A stretch of 64,000 nucleotides of DNA from Candidatus Latescibacterota bacterium (GTDB lineage: Bacteria; Latescibacterota; UBA2968): positions 1,600,001 to 1,664,000 of the forward strand of contig OZ220741.1 of NCBI GenBank assembly GCA_965116885.1. Reading direction: 5' to 3'. The notes under the pieces are model-generated. The model saw nothing but the letters and a program-made list of their open reading frames with translations, ran no database searches and had not been told where the DNA came from. Of the stretch, positions 37,734-46,933 are shown piece by piece (the stretch's first letter is position 1; every line of letters begins with the position of its first letter). The translations under genes and the position numbers were made by a program.

Positions 37734-37761
37734 GTCGTTCGATTCAAACTATATCAGGTGG

Positions 37762-38382
37762 TTATTCAGCTTCCAGAACTTCCGCATCCAGTTGATACCA
37801 GAACACCTCGCCAGATTCGATGAGACCATGTATCCGGTCATCACGGCGCAGACCGGCAACAGCGGGATAGGACCGATCACCTGTGAACCTGGTCAGAAAC
37901 GCAGCGTTGCGGCGCGCGCGCGTGGTATCTCGACCATTAACGGTGAAGGAGATTTCCACGGCGATATAGCACGTTGTGCCTTTCTGATCAGTAGCCTCTA
38001 TAATCAGGTCGGCACGTCGGAAGCTTCTCAATTCGTTTGTGGGAATGCCCGAAGTGTCAGCGCGGGCAATCAGTGCCCCGAGATCATCCTGGGTGAGGGT
38101 CTTTGTCCACTTGAGGCCCATGTCCCAGACAATGATAGGTGCCTCTCGAATCGCGACTTCTCGAGTGTGGTAATTCAGGCTCCATTTACTCAATAACTGA
38201 TATTCATCCATCCCAAATTTTCTATAAAAACGTAGTGCGTTATCAATTCTAAAAATCAGGTAACGATTCGTACATCTGTGCTGTATGAGTCGTCACTCCT
38301 GCTTCCGCAAGGCATCCGTCCAATCAGGATGATCGTCCAGGATGCGGATGAGGTCTTCTATCGTATGAATTGTGGTGTTCAC
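37762..38382 (-). pseudogene. Fragmented hypothetical gene with PD-(D/E)XK-like C-terminal domain
   Basis: N-terminal piece 38293-38382 (TIHTIEDLIRILDDHPDWTDALR, GAGGA RBS) separated from C-terminal piece 37762-38211 (ADLIIEA..YIAVEIS..D..RA). Confidence 0.6.
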
Positions 38383-38542
38383 AGGTTTTCCTCAATGGTC
38401 GTTTTATCCATTGTCCAATCAGCGGGATTGGGGAATAACTTGTCTAAGCCAAATCAATATACGGAAATTGAGTACCTGGGGCAATATAGCGTCTGTAAAT
38501 TTTTTCTGATATTATCTCAATGGATCATGTGGGCGTTGTTGC

Positions 38543-38665
38543 AAAAAAATGAGGGGACGGCAGGGAGGGATACCATTTACCTTGCCGCCCCCGAAGACCG
38601 GACCTGGAGTGAAGGGATATCTCGGCCCGGTCGTTGTGTTCATGGGGATTCGTATTAACGCTGAT
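38543..38665 (-). ncRNA. Candidate sRNA with two hairpins displaying UAUCCCU loops
   Basis: Hairpins at 38596-38632 and 38553-38591 followed by a U7 tract; ECF-like promoter upstream. Confidence 0.45.
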
Positions 38666-38859
38666 CGAACACTTAGACGGGCTGCAAACGCTTTTGGTGT
38701 CAAATTTTGAGGGAAAAAATGGATCCTGGTACAAAAATATGGAGGGGTATAAAAAAGCTGAGTATTTGTGGGATTTTTCACTAAATTATAATACCAGAAA
38801 TTCTCGTGTTATATGTGGCATGAATGATTTCTTTTTCACACTTCTCCTGGAGATTTCCT

Positions 38860-39201
38860 ATGATTTACGACATGCGAACCTACGATCTGAATCCCGGTGC
38901 TTTGCAAGCCTATATGGATGCGGTGCGCGAGGTGGCGCTTCCACTGCGCGAGGATTATGACATCAAACTCGCCGGGTGGTATTATACCGATATTGGGAAG
39001 TTAAATCGCGTGGTTCACATCTGGGCGTATCGCGATTATACCCATTTTGATCAGGCGCGGCAGGCTGTCCGCAGCGATCCCCGATGGGTCAATGAATATT
39101 TGCCTCGCGTCAAAGGGCTGGTCGCGCGCCAGCAAGATCAAATTATGCTGGCGTCTGATTTCTTCGAGGCCCGGGTTCCGGTTCTTTCGGAAGATACGTG
39201 A
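38860..39201 (+). CDS. NIPSNAP family protein
   Basis: MIYDMRTYDLNPG, GWYYTDIGKLNRVVHIWAY, DPRW. Confidence 0.92.
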   Translation: MIYDMRTYDLNPGALQAYMDAVREVALPLREDYDIKLAGWYYTDIGKLNRVVHIWAYRDYTHFDQARQAVRSDPRWVNEYLPRVKGLVARQQDQIMLASDFFEARVPVLSEDT

Positions 39202-39223
39202 TTCCATTTTATTCAGTCGTGAG

Positions 39224-39272
39224 AAAAAAAGAACGGGTAGAGAATATTACCATTCTCTACCCGTTGCTTTTT
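39224..39272. terminator. Bidirectional terminator
   Basis: AACGGGTAGAGAAT-loop-ATTCTCTACCCGTT flanked by A and T tracts. Confidence 0.8.
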
Positions 39273-39301
39273 GCCTGGGAGATTAATCAGGGTAGGCAAC
39301 G

Positions 39302-40255
39302 TCAGTCATCATCCTCGCTCGGGATGTTCAGGCGGAAGAGCACGGGGTGGTGATCCGAGTAGTATTGTGCAAATAGGCTCCCTTTATACGGGTCGCCGGG
39401 ATAGGTTTCGGAGCCTCGCCAGGTGCCGCGCATCTGGTCGATGAGGTCAATGACTTGAAAATCAAATGCCTCGTCTATCTCGTCTAACCTGGCCGGGCGA
39501 TACATGACGTGGTCATAGGGTTTGCTGCTTTTGGCCGCTGTGTTCGTTTTTCGGCATTCGTCGTTGAGCGAGATAAATCCCCGAGGGGTTACTGCTTTAA
39601 GCTCTGCGGCGTTTTCGATGTTCATGTCCCCTACGATGTAGAAGTCCTGTTCCTGTGCGTCGTGGCGGTCGATCCACTGGGCTATGCTCAAAAGTTCGGC
39701 TTTGCGTTCTTTTTTCTTATTTCCGCCGGGGGATAAATGGACGTTGATGACGACGAAGTCCATTTTGCCGTCTATAGTGCGGAAGCTGTGGGCGTGCGGT
39801 ACGCGGGGATATACGGGATGGGCAGAGCGGTCTTCTGCGAGGAATCCATTGGGCAGGTCATCGGCGATTTTCAGTTTGTCGGGTTTGTAAAAGACTACGG
39901 ACCATTCGGTGCTCGATCCTCTGTTGTGGATGTTTTCGCCTCTTCCCGTGTCTTCACAAGATAGGGAGAATTCAAAGCCCTGTGCGCTCATGGCGTCGAA
40001 GAAGGCATCGGCTTCGGGGTCTTCGCGATAGGATGTGCCATCGCAATATTGACCGTTATCAGGTGGGGATACGAGTTCCTGGACGACGACCATGTCGTAT
40101 TTTCCGACCAATTGGGCGAGTGCTTCGTTATCTTTCTTTTTGTATAGGCCGACGAATTTGATGTTGAAAGAACAGACGGTGATTTGTTCGTCAGAGACTT
40201 TTGGTTGGCAACCAAATAATAACAGCAGAGTGGAGAATAAAAGGTATCTTTTCAT
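39302..40255 (-). CDS. DNase I-like exo/endonuclease/phosphatase lipoprotein
   Basis: Lipobox LLFGC; SFNIK, VVQEL, NVHL, GDMN, YDH, SDHHPV. Confidence 0.9.
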   Translation of the reverse strand: MKRYLLFSTLLLLFGCQPKVSDEQITVCSFNIKFVGLYKKKDNEALAQLVGKYDMVVVQELVSPPDNGQYCDGTSYREDPEADAFFDAMSAQGFEFSLSCEDTGRGENIHNRGSSTEWSVVFYKPDKLKIADDLPNGFLAEDRSAHPVYPRVPHAHSFRTIDGKMDFVVINVHLSPGGNKKKERKAELLSIAQWIDRHDAQEQDFYIVGDMNIENAAELKAVTPRGFISLNDECRKTNTAAKSSKPYDHVMYRPARLDEIDEAFDFQVIDLIDQMRGTWRGSETYPGDPYKGSLFAQYYSDHHPVLFRLNIPSEDDD

Positions 40256-40402
40256 AGCTTTTCCTGTGTTGGGTACAATTCTTATCGCGGCTTTTTTAGA
40301 AATATAAATGTTGAGGGGTAAGAAAAATACTTGAAGTCCGCCTGAAATTTCTCGACCATGAGCGCGAGTAATCGTCTGGTCATTTTGGATAGGAGATGTA
40401 TT

Positions 40403-40960
40403 ATGAGCGATGGACAGATCATTTTTCAAGATATATTTGACGGCGCGCTCGATAGCAGCTGGTCGTGGTTGCGGGAACATCCCGATGATTGGCGGATTCG
40501 GGATGGCGGTCTGGAGATTTGCGTGCGTCCCGGTGTGAAGGATACGGTGCAAAATGCTTTGCTCAGATCTGCGCCAGATCGCGGTGAGGGGGCTTATGCC
40601 GTTGAGGTTACGATTACCAATCACAGCCAGCCGACACAGCAATACGAACAGGCGGGTATTACGTGGTATCACAATGGGGAGCCGGTGTTCAAAGAGGTCA
40701 AGGAACTCATTGACGGCGATCTGTACATTATTCCCGGGAAGCAGCCGATGCCAACGCAGAGTGTTCGTTTGCGTCTTGTTGTTACCGCGAGTACATGGGA
40801 AGCACAGTATCGCGCCGAGGGTGAGTCCGCGTTCCAGACTGCGGCTTCGGGTGAGCTGCCTCCGCCGGGTGATGATCAGGTGAGTATCCAGTGTTATAAT
40901 GGTCCGGAAGAAGGCGATCACTGGATACGTTTTTCGGATTTTTGTATTAAGAGGATTTAG
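40403..40960 (+). CDS. Concanavalin A-like (DUF1349 / beta-xylosidase C-terminal-like) protein
   Basis: W.WLRE, QQYEQAGI, FSDF motifs; AGGAG RBS. Confidence 0.7.
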   Translation: MSDGQIIFQDIFDGALDSSWSWLREHPDDWRIRDGGLEICVRPGVKDTVQNALLRSAPDRGEGAYAVEVTITNHSQPTQQYEQAGITWYHNGEPVFKEVKELIDGDLYIIPGKQPMPTQSVRLRLVVTASTWEAQYRAEGESAFQTAASGELPPPGDDQVSIQCYNGPEEGDHWIRFSDFCIKRI

Positions 40961-40962
40961 GT

Positions 40963-41046
40963 AAAACCTTCTGGATCGCAGACGGGACGGCACAGGGGCC
41001 GTCCCCTACGATGATTTTGTAGGGGCGACCCCCTGTGGTCGCCCGC
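40963..41046. repeat. Inverted REP doublet plus composite element
   Basis: AAAACCTTCTGGATCGC + reverse REP (40983-41009) + forward REP GTAGGGGCGACCCCCTGTGGTCGCCCG (41019-41046). Confidence 0.8.
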
Positions 41047-41049
41047 AAT

Positions 41050-41084
41050 AAAAAAGCACCATCTCAAAAGAGGTGGTGCTTTTT
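41050..41084 (-). terminator. Terminator of the csp gene
   Basis: AAAAAGCACCATCTC-AAAA-GAGGTGGTGCTTTTT. Confidence 0.85.
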
Positions 41085-41108
41085 GGTTAATTCTGAATTA
41101 ATTTCAGA

Positions 41109-41309
41109 TTATTGCTTGGTGACATTCGCCGCCTGGAGCCCTTTAGGACCCTGGGTAATGTCAAATTCGACCAAGTCACCTTCGGACAAAGACTTAAAGC
41201 CTTCGGCCTGGATCGCTGAGAAATGGACGAAAACATCTTCGCCGCCTTCTTGCTCGATAAAGCCGAATCCTTTGGCGTCGTTAAACCATTTAACTCTTCC
41301 TTCTGCCAA
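41109..41309 (-). CDS. Cold-shock protein (CspA family)
   Basis: [34 protein letters not shown]. Confidence 0.97.
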   Translation of the reverse strand: MAEGRVKWFNDAKGFGFIEQEGGEDVFVHFSAIQAEGFKSLSEGDLVEFDITQGPKGLQAANVTKQ

Positions 41310-41473
41310 CGTACTTCACCACCTTTCTACATCGAAAATTGCACATCAGATCGAAAAAAAGGCAAGAATCAGAAGTTTCGATTCTTGCCATACCGTCTTT
41401 TCAGGCCGATTGTACAGGAAACAAAACAACACATTCGTAATACCTGGGCACAAATACCCATTATACAAAGGCA

Positions 41474-41502
41474 AAGATACCCTTTATCATCTCAGAAGTC
41501 AA
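41474..41502 (-). promoter_or_regulatory. Sigma70 promoter of csp
   Basis: TTGACT-N17-TATCTT, implying a ~160 nt 5' UTR. Confidence 0.6.
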
Positions 41503-41528
41503 CGTTTTTTCAGAAAAAAAGTTCCATC

Positions 41529-44500
41529 TTAAACTGTAGCCCCGGCGAGCATCATCTGTCCTTTTTCTGTGTACTGCGCCTTATCTTCTGGTGCTACGGT
41601 GCGCCAGATCAGGAATTGTTTGCGCAACGCGTTCATAAAATTCTTGTTGACCCGCCGCCATGACGAGGCATCGCCCGATAGCCGATCTATGGTCAATGTC
41701 ATAGTAAAAATATTGTGTTCACCTGTGGGTATCGCTTCAAAATGCACCTGCTGGCTCACGCCCAGATCATAAGGTGCCAACCAGATTGTTGTGTCAATTG
41801 TGTGTCCCTGTCCGGTCGCGGTTTCAGCTGAGCCGAGCCGCGCGCCATCTGTGTAAAATGTGCCCAGACTCTCACCTGCGTGTGCCTGGAAATAATCGAC
41901 GAGGAACACGGACAGGCCAAATACGTCTTTGCCGCCTACGGTAAATGGAAATTCAAAATGCCAGCGGTCGCCATCTGGATCGGGAAATTTCCATCGGCGC
42001 GTCACGTCGGGTACGGCCATCAGGGATGCCTGGCGTGCGGGATAGATTGACGAGAGCAAGACCACCAGCATGACCAGCATTGAGGATGTTACGGTCGAGA
42101 GTGCCGAATAATTTACGGTAAGCCCTTGTAAGGCATCTTGCCACAGTAAAATTTTGACGACACTCTGTCCCAAAAGATACCCGCCAACGGTTCCCAAAAC
42201 AGCGTAAACACAGGCCTCGGCAATAAACAAGAAGGCGATGTGTACAGGTGCTAATCCCACGGAAGAATAGATGCTGATTTCGCGGAAGCGTTCATACACC
42301 GATCCCATCATGGTATTGAGCACGATCAGCGCGGCGACCAAAATGGGGATAAACAAATTGGCCATGCCCTGCAAAGATGTATTGCCCAGGGAACTGTAAA
42401 CCGCGACGCGTATGCCGCCATCTGCTGTTGGAATGCCGGCGAATAATACCACTGATAACCGGGATAAAAAGGACTTGATCTCGGCTTCGACATCTACCTC
42501 TTCGTGAAATCGCACGGCTACGGACTGCAGTGGACTGCCCACATCGCGCAACAGGGCATAGGGTACGATCAAAATATCGTCGGGATCCAGATGCTCAAAT
42601 GGCATGGTCTCGACTTCGGGGCGCTCCAATCCCTGCCGTTCGCGGGTCTCGGTCTGGGACATGACGGTAATAAATTCGTCTTCGGTGACTTGAAAATCTG
42701 CCGGTGTCAGCGGTTCCTCATCCAGATCGACAAACAGGCGCATTTTCTCAGAATTGATCAGTCCAATTACTGTGAGTGGTTTGCCAAAGAGGCGGATGTA
42801 CGCCTTGCCGACATCTCGTTCTGTTATGCCCAGGGTCTCCGCTACTCGATCGGGCAAAATACAGGCAGACTCACCCGGTTGAAACCATCGTCCGATTCGC
42901 AGCAGGGTATCGATCTGGGTCACCTGGGCTTCTTCGGGTGACGCCCCCAGGATCCCCTGGACGCGCGAATTTTTCTCCCCATAACGCAATACGGCTTTTG
43001 ATTTTTTGTCTTCTCTTGTGGCAATATACCAGCTTCGGGGCGTTACGATGCCTCTGTCTTTGAAATTTATCCGCGCATAATCATAAGCCGTGTCTTCCAG
43101 CGGTCCCCAGAATTTGCTTCTGATCAGTATGCCGGGATACGCGCCTTTTGTATCGCGTTGAAGCTGGTGAAATTCCAATGCGGATTTGATAGAGGTAAAA
43201 GATAGCACGGTAAATGTCAGCAATACCAGGGTTGCAAATGTCAAATAGGTGCGTAGCTTGCGCTTTTTCATATTGGCAATGCCCAGTTGAAATGCCGCCA
43301 CTGATGCGCTGATCCGTCCTACATCGGTTTCGTGCAATAATACTTCGGCACTGCGGAGTCGCCGGATGTTCTCGTTGAATCGGCCCGATAAAATCGAGAT
43401 CACAAAAATCGCCAGTGCCAGAATTACAAAAGCCAGCAAAATTACAAAGGGATTGGAGAGGTCAAATGCGGGGTGTACCTGGGAGAGAAATATCCAGATG
43501 ATGACAAAGACCAGGCCGATCCCGCCGATTTGCATTCGAATATCGGAAAATGTAAAGATCAACCGCTCGAGGAAAAATGCACAGGGGATGACGAGTAGCA
43601 TGAAGAAAATCACGCCGCGGATCACATCGTTTTGCGTTGTTTTTACGTCTGGATATGCCCGCGATTCAATGCCCATGCCCGCGCGCGTGTGTTTTACAAA
43701 AGCATCCCATTGCTTTTCCTGCAGTGCGGTTTCTGCTTCGTCCAGATGTTGTTTTGCCTGCGCGTGCAATACTTCCAGTCGCTGGTTTTCGATTGAGTAC
43801 TGGCGCAGTTTTCGCATGCGCGACTCGTTCAACATCCACATATCTCGCGCTGCCTGATAGGGCGTGCGGATTAAGGATCCCGATGACAGGGTTTGAAATC
43901 CCTCGCCCCGGGCATCCCACTCGGTGTCTGCGCTTTTTGCGTTGAGCAACAAATAGCGCACGCCAATAGCGCCTGCGCGCATGGCTATTTTCACTTTTTC
44001 ACCCGGGGATGTATAGACTACGCCGACGGGTTCGTCTGGCCCAAATCCGATGTCATAACCGTATTCTTGCGGTGCGGTATTGCCCACGCCATAGACGCTG
44101 ATGTCGGACAAGGTGTTCAGATATCGGGGATCGACAGTGTCGTAGAAATCGGTTGCTACGCAGGGGAACAGGATGACGGTTTGTTTTGTGATCCACCAGT
44201 TCATGTTGAAATGGCCGCTGTAAATTTTGCCCTGCCGCCCCTGGTTGGGCGCGTACGTGATTTCGCCGCTGTGGGGATCGATATAGTACGCCCGCACGTG
44301 TACGCGGCGTTCAGCTACGCCCGGGATATAGTATTCGCCGTTTTCATCTGCGAGGTCGTAGTAAATGCGCCGCACGCCTTTGATCGATTTTTCCAGGCCC
44401 ATGCGCATGGCGGCTATTGCGCCTGGGCGCGATTTATCGGGTGTGATACTGCGCCGAGGGAAGGTGCGTACATATCCTTTGAGGCCGCGCATGCGGTCGG

Positions 44501-46055
44501 TGGGATCCAGTTTGTAATCGGGCAAAAATTCTTCGCTATTGAAGGATAGATCCAGCATGCCCGCGAGTACGCGAATCTGTTTGGTCAGGTTGGCGTAGTT
44601 TATATACTCGGCCCGGTCCAGAGGGGTATCTACGCGGAATCGCGCGTCGTTCACAGTTGTCAATGAGAGTGCCGGGGTGCCGGCATAGAGTACGACTTCG
44701 CTGTCGCTTTTGATATTTTCGCCGGGGATGTACATGTCCCAGGTCATGCCGCCTTTGGGGTTGATGCCATCGACCATGACGTCTTTTGATGGCACGCCCA
44801 TGCCTTCGGCAATGGCGGTTGCATAGCGTACAAAGGATTTGCTAAATGTGGCAAAAAATCGCGTGGAGAAGTAATTGACAGCGGTATTGACGCCAAATCC
44901 CGCTGTTTGGGTCGATACGCCTATTTCGTCTGTTTGGCTCGAGAGATCCAATCCGATGAACAGGTCGATGTCAATGGGTTCGGTCATGAGCGCGGCAAAG
45001 TGTTTTTCTTTGCGCGAGTGCCGGTTCAGAAAGTCGCAAATGCCCCGGAATCCCAGGTGGTGCGCGGACGATGCGAGGAAGAGTACAGTGTATTTTGGAC
45101 GATGTGCTTGAAAGTATTCTGCCAGGCGCATGAGTGCGACGATGCCACACGCCATTTCAGCGCCGGGTGCCTGTGCGGGTACGACAGACATGGCGTCGTA
45201 GTAGGCGTTGATGACGACGATTTTTTTCTTCATTACTGGATCTGATCCTTCGATCCAGCCCAATACGTTGGCTGCGTCGTCTTTCTTCCAGGGCATCCGG
45301 GATTCGAGTTGTACTTCTATTTCGCCCTGGTCTGCCAACAGAGTGCGTAACTTCTCACCGCGTTCGCGGTCGATCCAGAATCGCTCTATTGTGTTGGGTA
45401 CTTGCAAAAATTTTGTTTCGGCCTGTGTATAAGATGTGGTGTCTGGCGCGATGAAAATGATTTGTTGCGCGCCCAGAACAGCGGCGTTGAGCCATTTGTT
45501 CCAGGTGTTAAAGTTCAGTAGGACGACTGTGTTTTCTACATTTTTGCCGTCGTATGCCTTAAATTCGCCGTTGCCGCCGTCGATCAGGCGCGTCCGCACA
45601 CCGCCCGGTGGCAAGGTGGAGGTTTTCACGAGGTTGGGCCAGAGTCCGGAGAGCGGATACACTTCGCCGGAGGAGAGGATGGTTAATTGGCTGCCTTCAT
45701 CTACGGGGGAGGTTACGCCATAGGTTTCTGTTTCTACGTTTTTTAGATCCAGTGCCCGGAAGCGTTGTTCGATAAATTGCGCGGCGTCGTCGTGTCCTGG
45801 ATAGCCGGGTACGCGAGATTTATATTGGGTAAAGGTCGCCATTAATGCGCGTACTTCGGCTTCTGTAATTTCGCGTTTTACGCGGTCAGCTACGACTTCG
45901 GCACCCGGTACAGGGGCTGGTTCTACGGGTTCGGGGGGGTGTAATCCCAGCATATTGCGTAGCAAAGGGTCAACCGTACCGGGTCCTGAGATGACCGCGC
46001 CAAACCCAAATACAGCAACTCCGATTAATGCCAACCATCCGATGCGACGAGACAT
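41529..46055 (-). CDS. M28-peptidase-like/PA domain fused to FtsX/MacB-like permease
   Basis: SRVPGYPG, NVLGWIEG, AYYD; TM bundles; LGIANMKKRKLRT; ERFREISIYSSVGL..HIAFLFIAEA; YPARQAS. Confidence 0.85.
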   Translation of the reverse strand: MSRRIGWLALIGVAVFGFGAVISGPGTVDPLLRNMLGLHPPEPVEPAPVPGAEVVADRVKREITEAEVRALMATFTQYKSRVPGYPGHDDAAQFIEQRFRALDLKNVETETYGVTSPVDEGSQLTILSSGEVYPLSGLWPNLVKTSTLPPGGVRTRLIDGGNGEFKAYDGKNVENTVVLLNFNTWNKWLNAAVLGAQQIIFIAPDTTSYTQAETKFLQVPNTIERFWIDRERGEKLRTLLADQGEIEVQLESRMPWKKDDAANVLGWIEGSDPVMKKKIVVINAYYDAMSVVPAQAPGAEMACGIVALMRLAEYFQAHRPKYTVLFLASSAHHLGFRGICDFLNRHSRKEKHFAALMTEPIDIDLFIGLDLSSQTDEIGVSTQTAGFGVNTAVNYFSTRFFATFSKSFVRYATAIAEGMGVPSKDVMVDGINPKGGMTWDMYIPGENIKSDSEVVLYAGTPALSLTTVNDARFRVDTPLDRAEYINYANLTKQIRVLAGMLDLSFNSEEFLPDYKLDPTDRMRGLKGYVRTFPRRSITPDKSRPGAIAAMRMGLEKSIKGVRRIYYDLADENGEYYIPGVAERRVHVRAYYIDPHSGEITYAPNQGRQGKIYSGHFNMNWWITKQTVILFPCVATDFYDTVDPRYLNTLSDISVYGVGNTAPQEYGYDIGFGPDEPVGVVYTSPGEKVKIAMRAGAIGVRYLLLNAKSADTEWDARGEGFQTLSSGSLIRTPYQAARDMWMLNESRMRKLRQYSIENQRLEVLHAQAKQHLDEAETALQEKQWDAFVKHTRAGMGIESRAYPDVKTTQNDVIRGVIFFMLLVIPCAFFLERLIFTFSDIRMQIGGIGLVFVIIWIFLSQVHPAFDLSNPFVILLAFVILALAIFVISILSGRFNENIRRLRSAEVLLHETDVGRISASVAAFQLGIANMKKRKLRTYLTFATLVLLTFTVLSFTSIKSALEFHQLQRDTKGAYPGILIRSKFWGPLEDTAYDYARINFKDRGIVTPRSWYIATREDKKSKAVLRYGEKNSRVQGILGASPEEAQVTQIDTLLRIGRWFQPGESACILPDRVAETLGITERDVGKAYIRLFGKPLTVIGLINSEKMRLFVDLDEEPLTPADFQVTEDEFITVMSQTETRERQGLERPEVETMPFEHLDPDDILIVPYALLRDVGSPLQSVAVRFHEEVDVEAEIKSFLSRLSVVLFAGIPTADGGIRVAVYSSLGNTSLQGMANLFIPILVAALIVLNTMMGSVYERFREISIYSSVGLAPVHIAFLFIAEACVYAVLGTVGGYLLGQSVVKILLWQDALQGLTVNYSALSTVTSSMLVMLVVLLSSIYPARQASLMAVPDVTRRWKFPDPDGDRWHFEFPFTVGGKDVFGLSVFLVDYFQAHAGESLGTFYTDGARLGSAETATGQGHTIDTTIWLAPYDLGVSQQVHFEAIPTGEHNIFTMTLTIDRLSGDASSWRRVNKNFMNALRKQFLIWRTVAPEDKAQYTEKGQMMLAGATV

Positions 46056-46079
46056 GGAGGGTCCTTTCAAAGAAGAATT

Positions 46080-46316
46080 TTAGCGATCCGAACCAAGGCG
46101 CATTCGCGCATTGGGCAGCGTAATACCAACAAGACGTTTGTCGCGATAGTGGTAAATATTTCCATCATCTTCCATCACGCTGTCATTGGCACACTGGGGT
46201 TTTTCAAAGCTGAGATACAAGACATCAGCCCCTTCATCATAATCACTCCAAACTTGCGGATATGGCAAACGCAACAGTTCAGTAGCAAATGTCAGGTCAA
46301 TTGAGGACGTGTCCAT
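46080..46316 (-). CDS. DUF2283-like antitoxin
   Basis: YDEGADVLYLSF...LVGITL. Confidence 0.85.
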   Translation of the reverse strand: MDTSSIDLTFATELLRLPYPQVWSDYDEGADVLYLSFEKPQCANDSVMEDDGNIYHYRDKRLVGITLPNARMRLGSDR

Positions 46317-46639
46317 ATCGTAGTTCTCCTGCGCATAATTTTATCCGACCTCGAAGTTAAAAATGCTGTAATAATGAATCCATCTTCCTCATCGCGATAT
46401 ATGGCAATACAGGTTTTTTCAGTGATATTAGTTTCTGCATAATGTCGCAATGCAATTGTTGCTCCTAATTCTCCTGTGACCAGGCAATCAGGATCGGCAA
46501 CTGTTTCGAGCACCTTCTCCCGGTTTCCAACCATATAATCATGAGATTCGGTGATATGAACCCATTGCCTGTGGGTCAATCTTATCGTATGCCCGTTGAC
46601 AGAGGGTACAGTTGACAAAACAATATCTTCAAATGACAT
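46292..46639 (-). CDS. RelE/BECR-like toxin paired with DUF2283
   Basis: IRLT..QW.HI...H, ETVADPD, GFIITAF; overlaps the DUF2283 start. Confidence 0.7.
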   Translation of the reverse strand: MSFEDIVLSTVPSVNGHTIRLTHRQWVHITESHDYMVGNREKVLETVADPDCLVTGELGATIALRHYAETNITEKTCIAIYRDEEDGFIITAFLTSRSDKIMRRRTTIWTRPQLT

Positions 46640-46679
46640 AAAGCCAAATATATAGTATATCGTGCAGGGAATCAATCCT

Positions 46680-46868
46680 CTATTGTTCCATCATTCCTTC
46701 TATGGCCCTTTGGTTTCTATCTGAAAGAGATTCTTCTTCTCGCTTTGTTACGCGTTCAATGGCGTCTGTTACCGACTCGGTATTCGATTGGTCATGCGCC
46801 TCAAGCCCCCACAAGAGTTGCGGGAGTAAGAAGACGCAAAGTATCAACCAATGGTTCTTGCCAGTCAT
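46680..46868 (-). pseudogene. Remnant of a GWxTD-family paralog (5' end duplicate of 49327-51846)
   Basis: First 38 codons nearly identical to MTGKNHWLILC...TDAIE, then a short unrelated tail. Confidence 0.75.
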
Positions 46869-46880
46869 GTCATCCGCCTG
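46756..46880 (+). repeat. ~125-bp direct repeat of 51734-51858
   Basis: Near-identical (one substitution in the coding part). Confidence 0.92.
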
Positions 46881-46933
46881 AAAAAATGATAAATAATCAA
46901 ATTCAAGTCAGTGTGAAAATCAGAGAAGATCAT

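Noticed and set aside
37609..38800. Integrated element at tRNA-Gln
   Set aside because: No integrase and no duplicated tRNA 3' end found in the window
40256..40993. N-terminal extension of the 563-aa nuclease ORF
   Set aside because: Antisense to the DUF1349-like gene; the real start with a lipoprotein signal is at 40255
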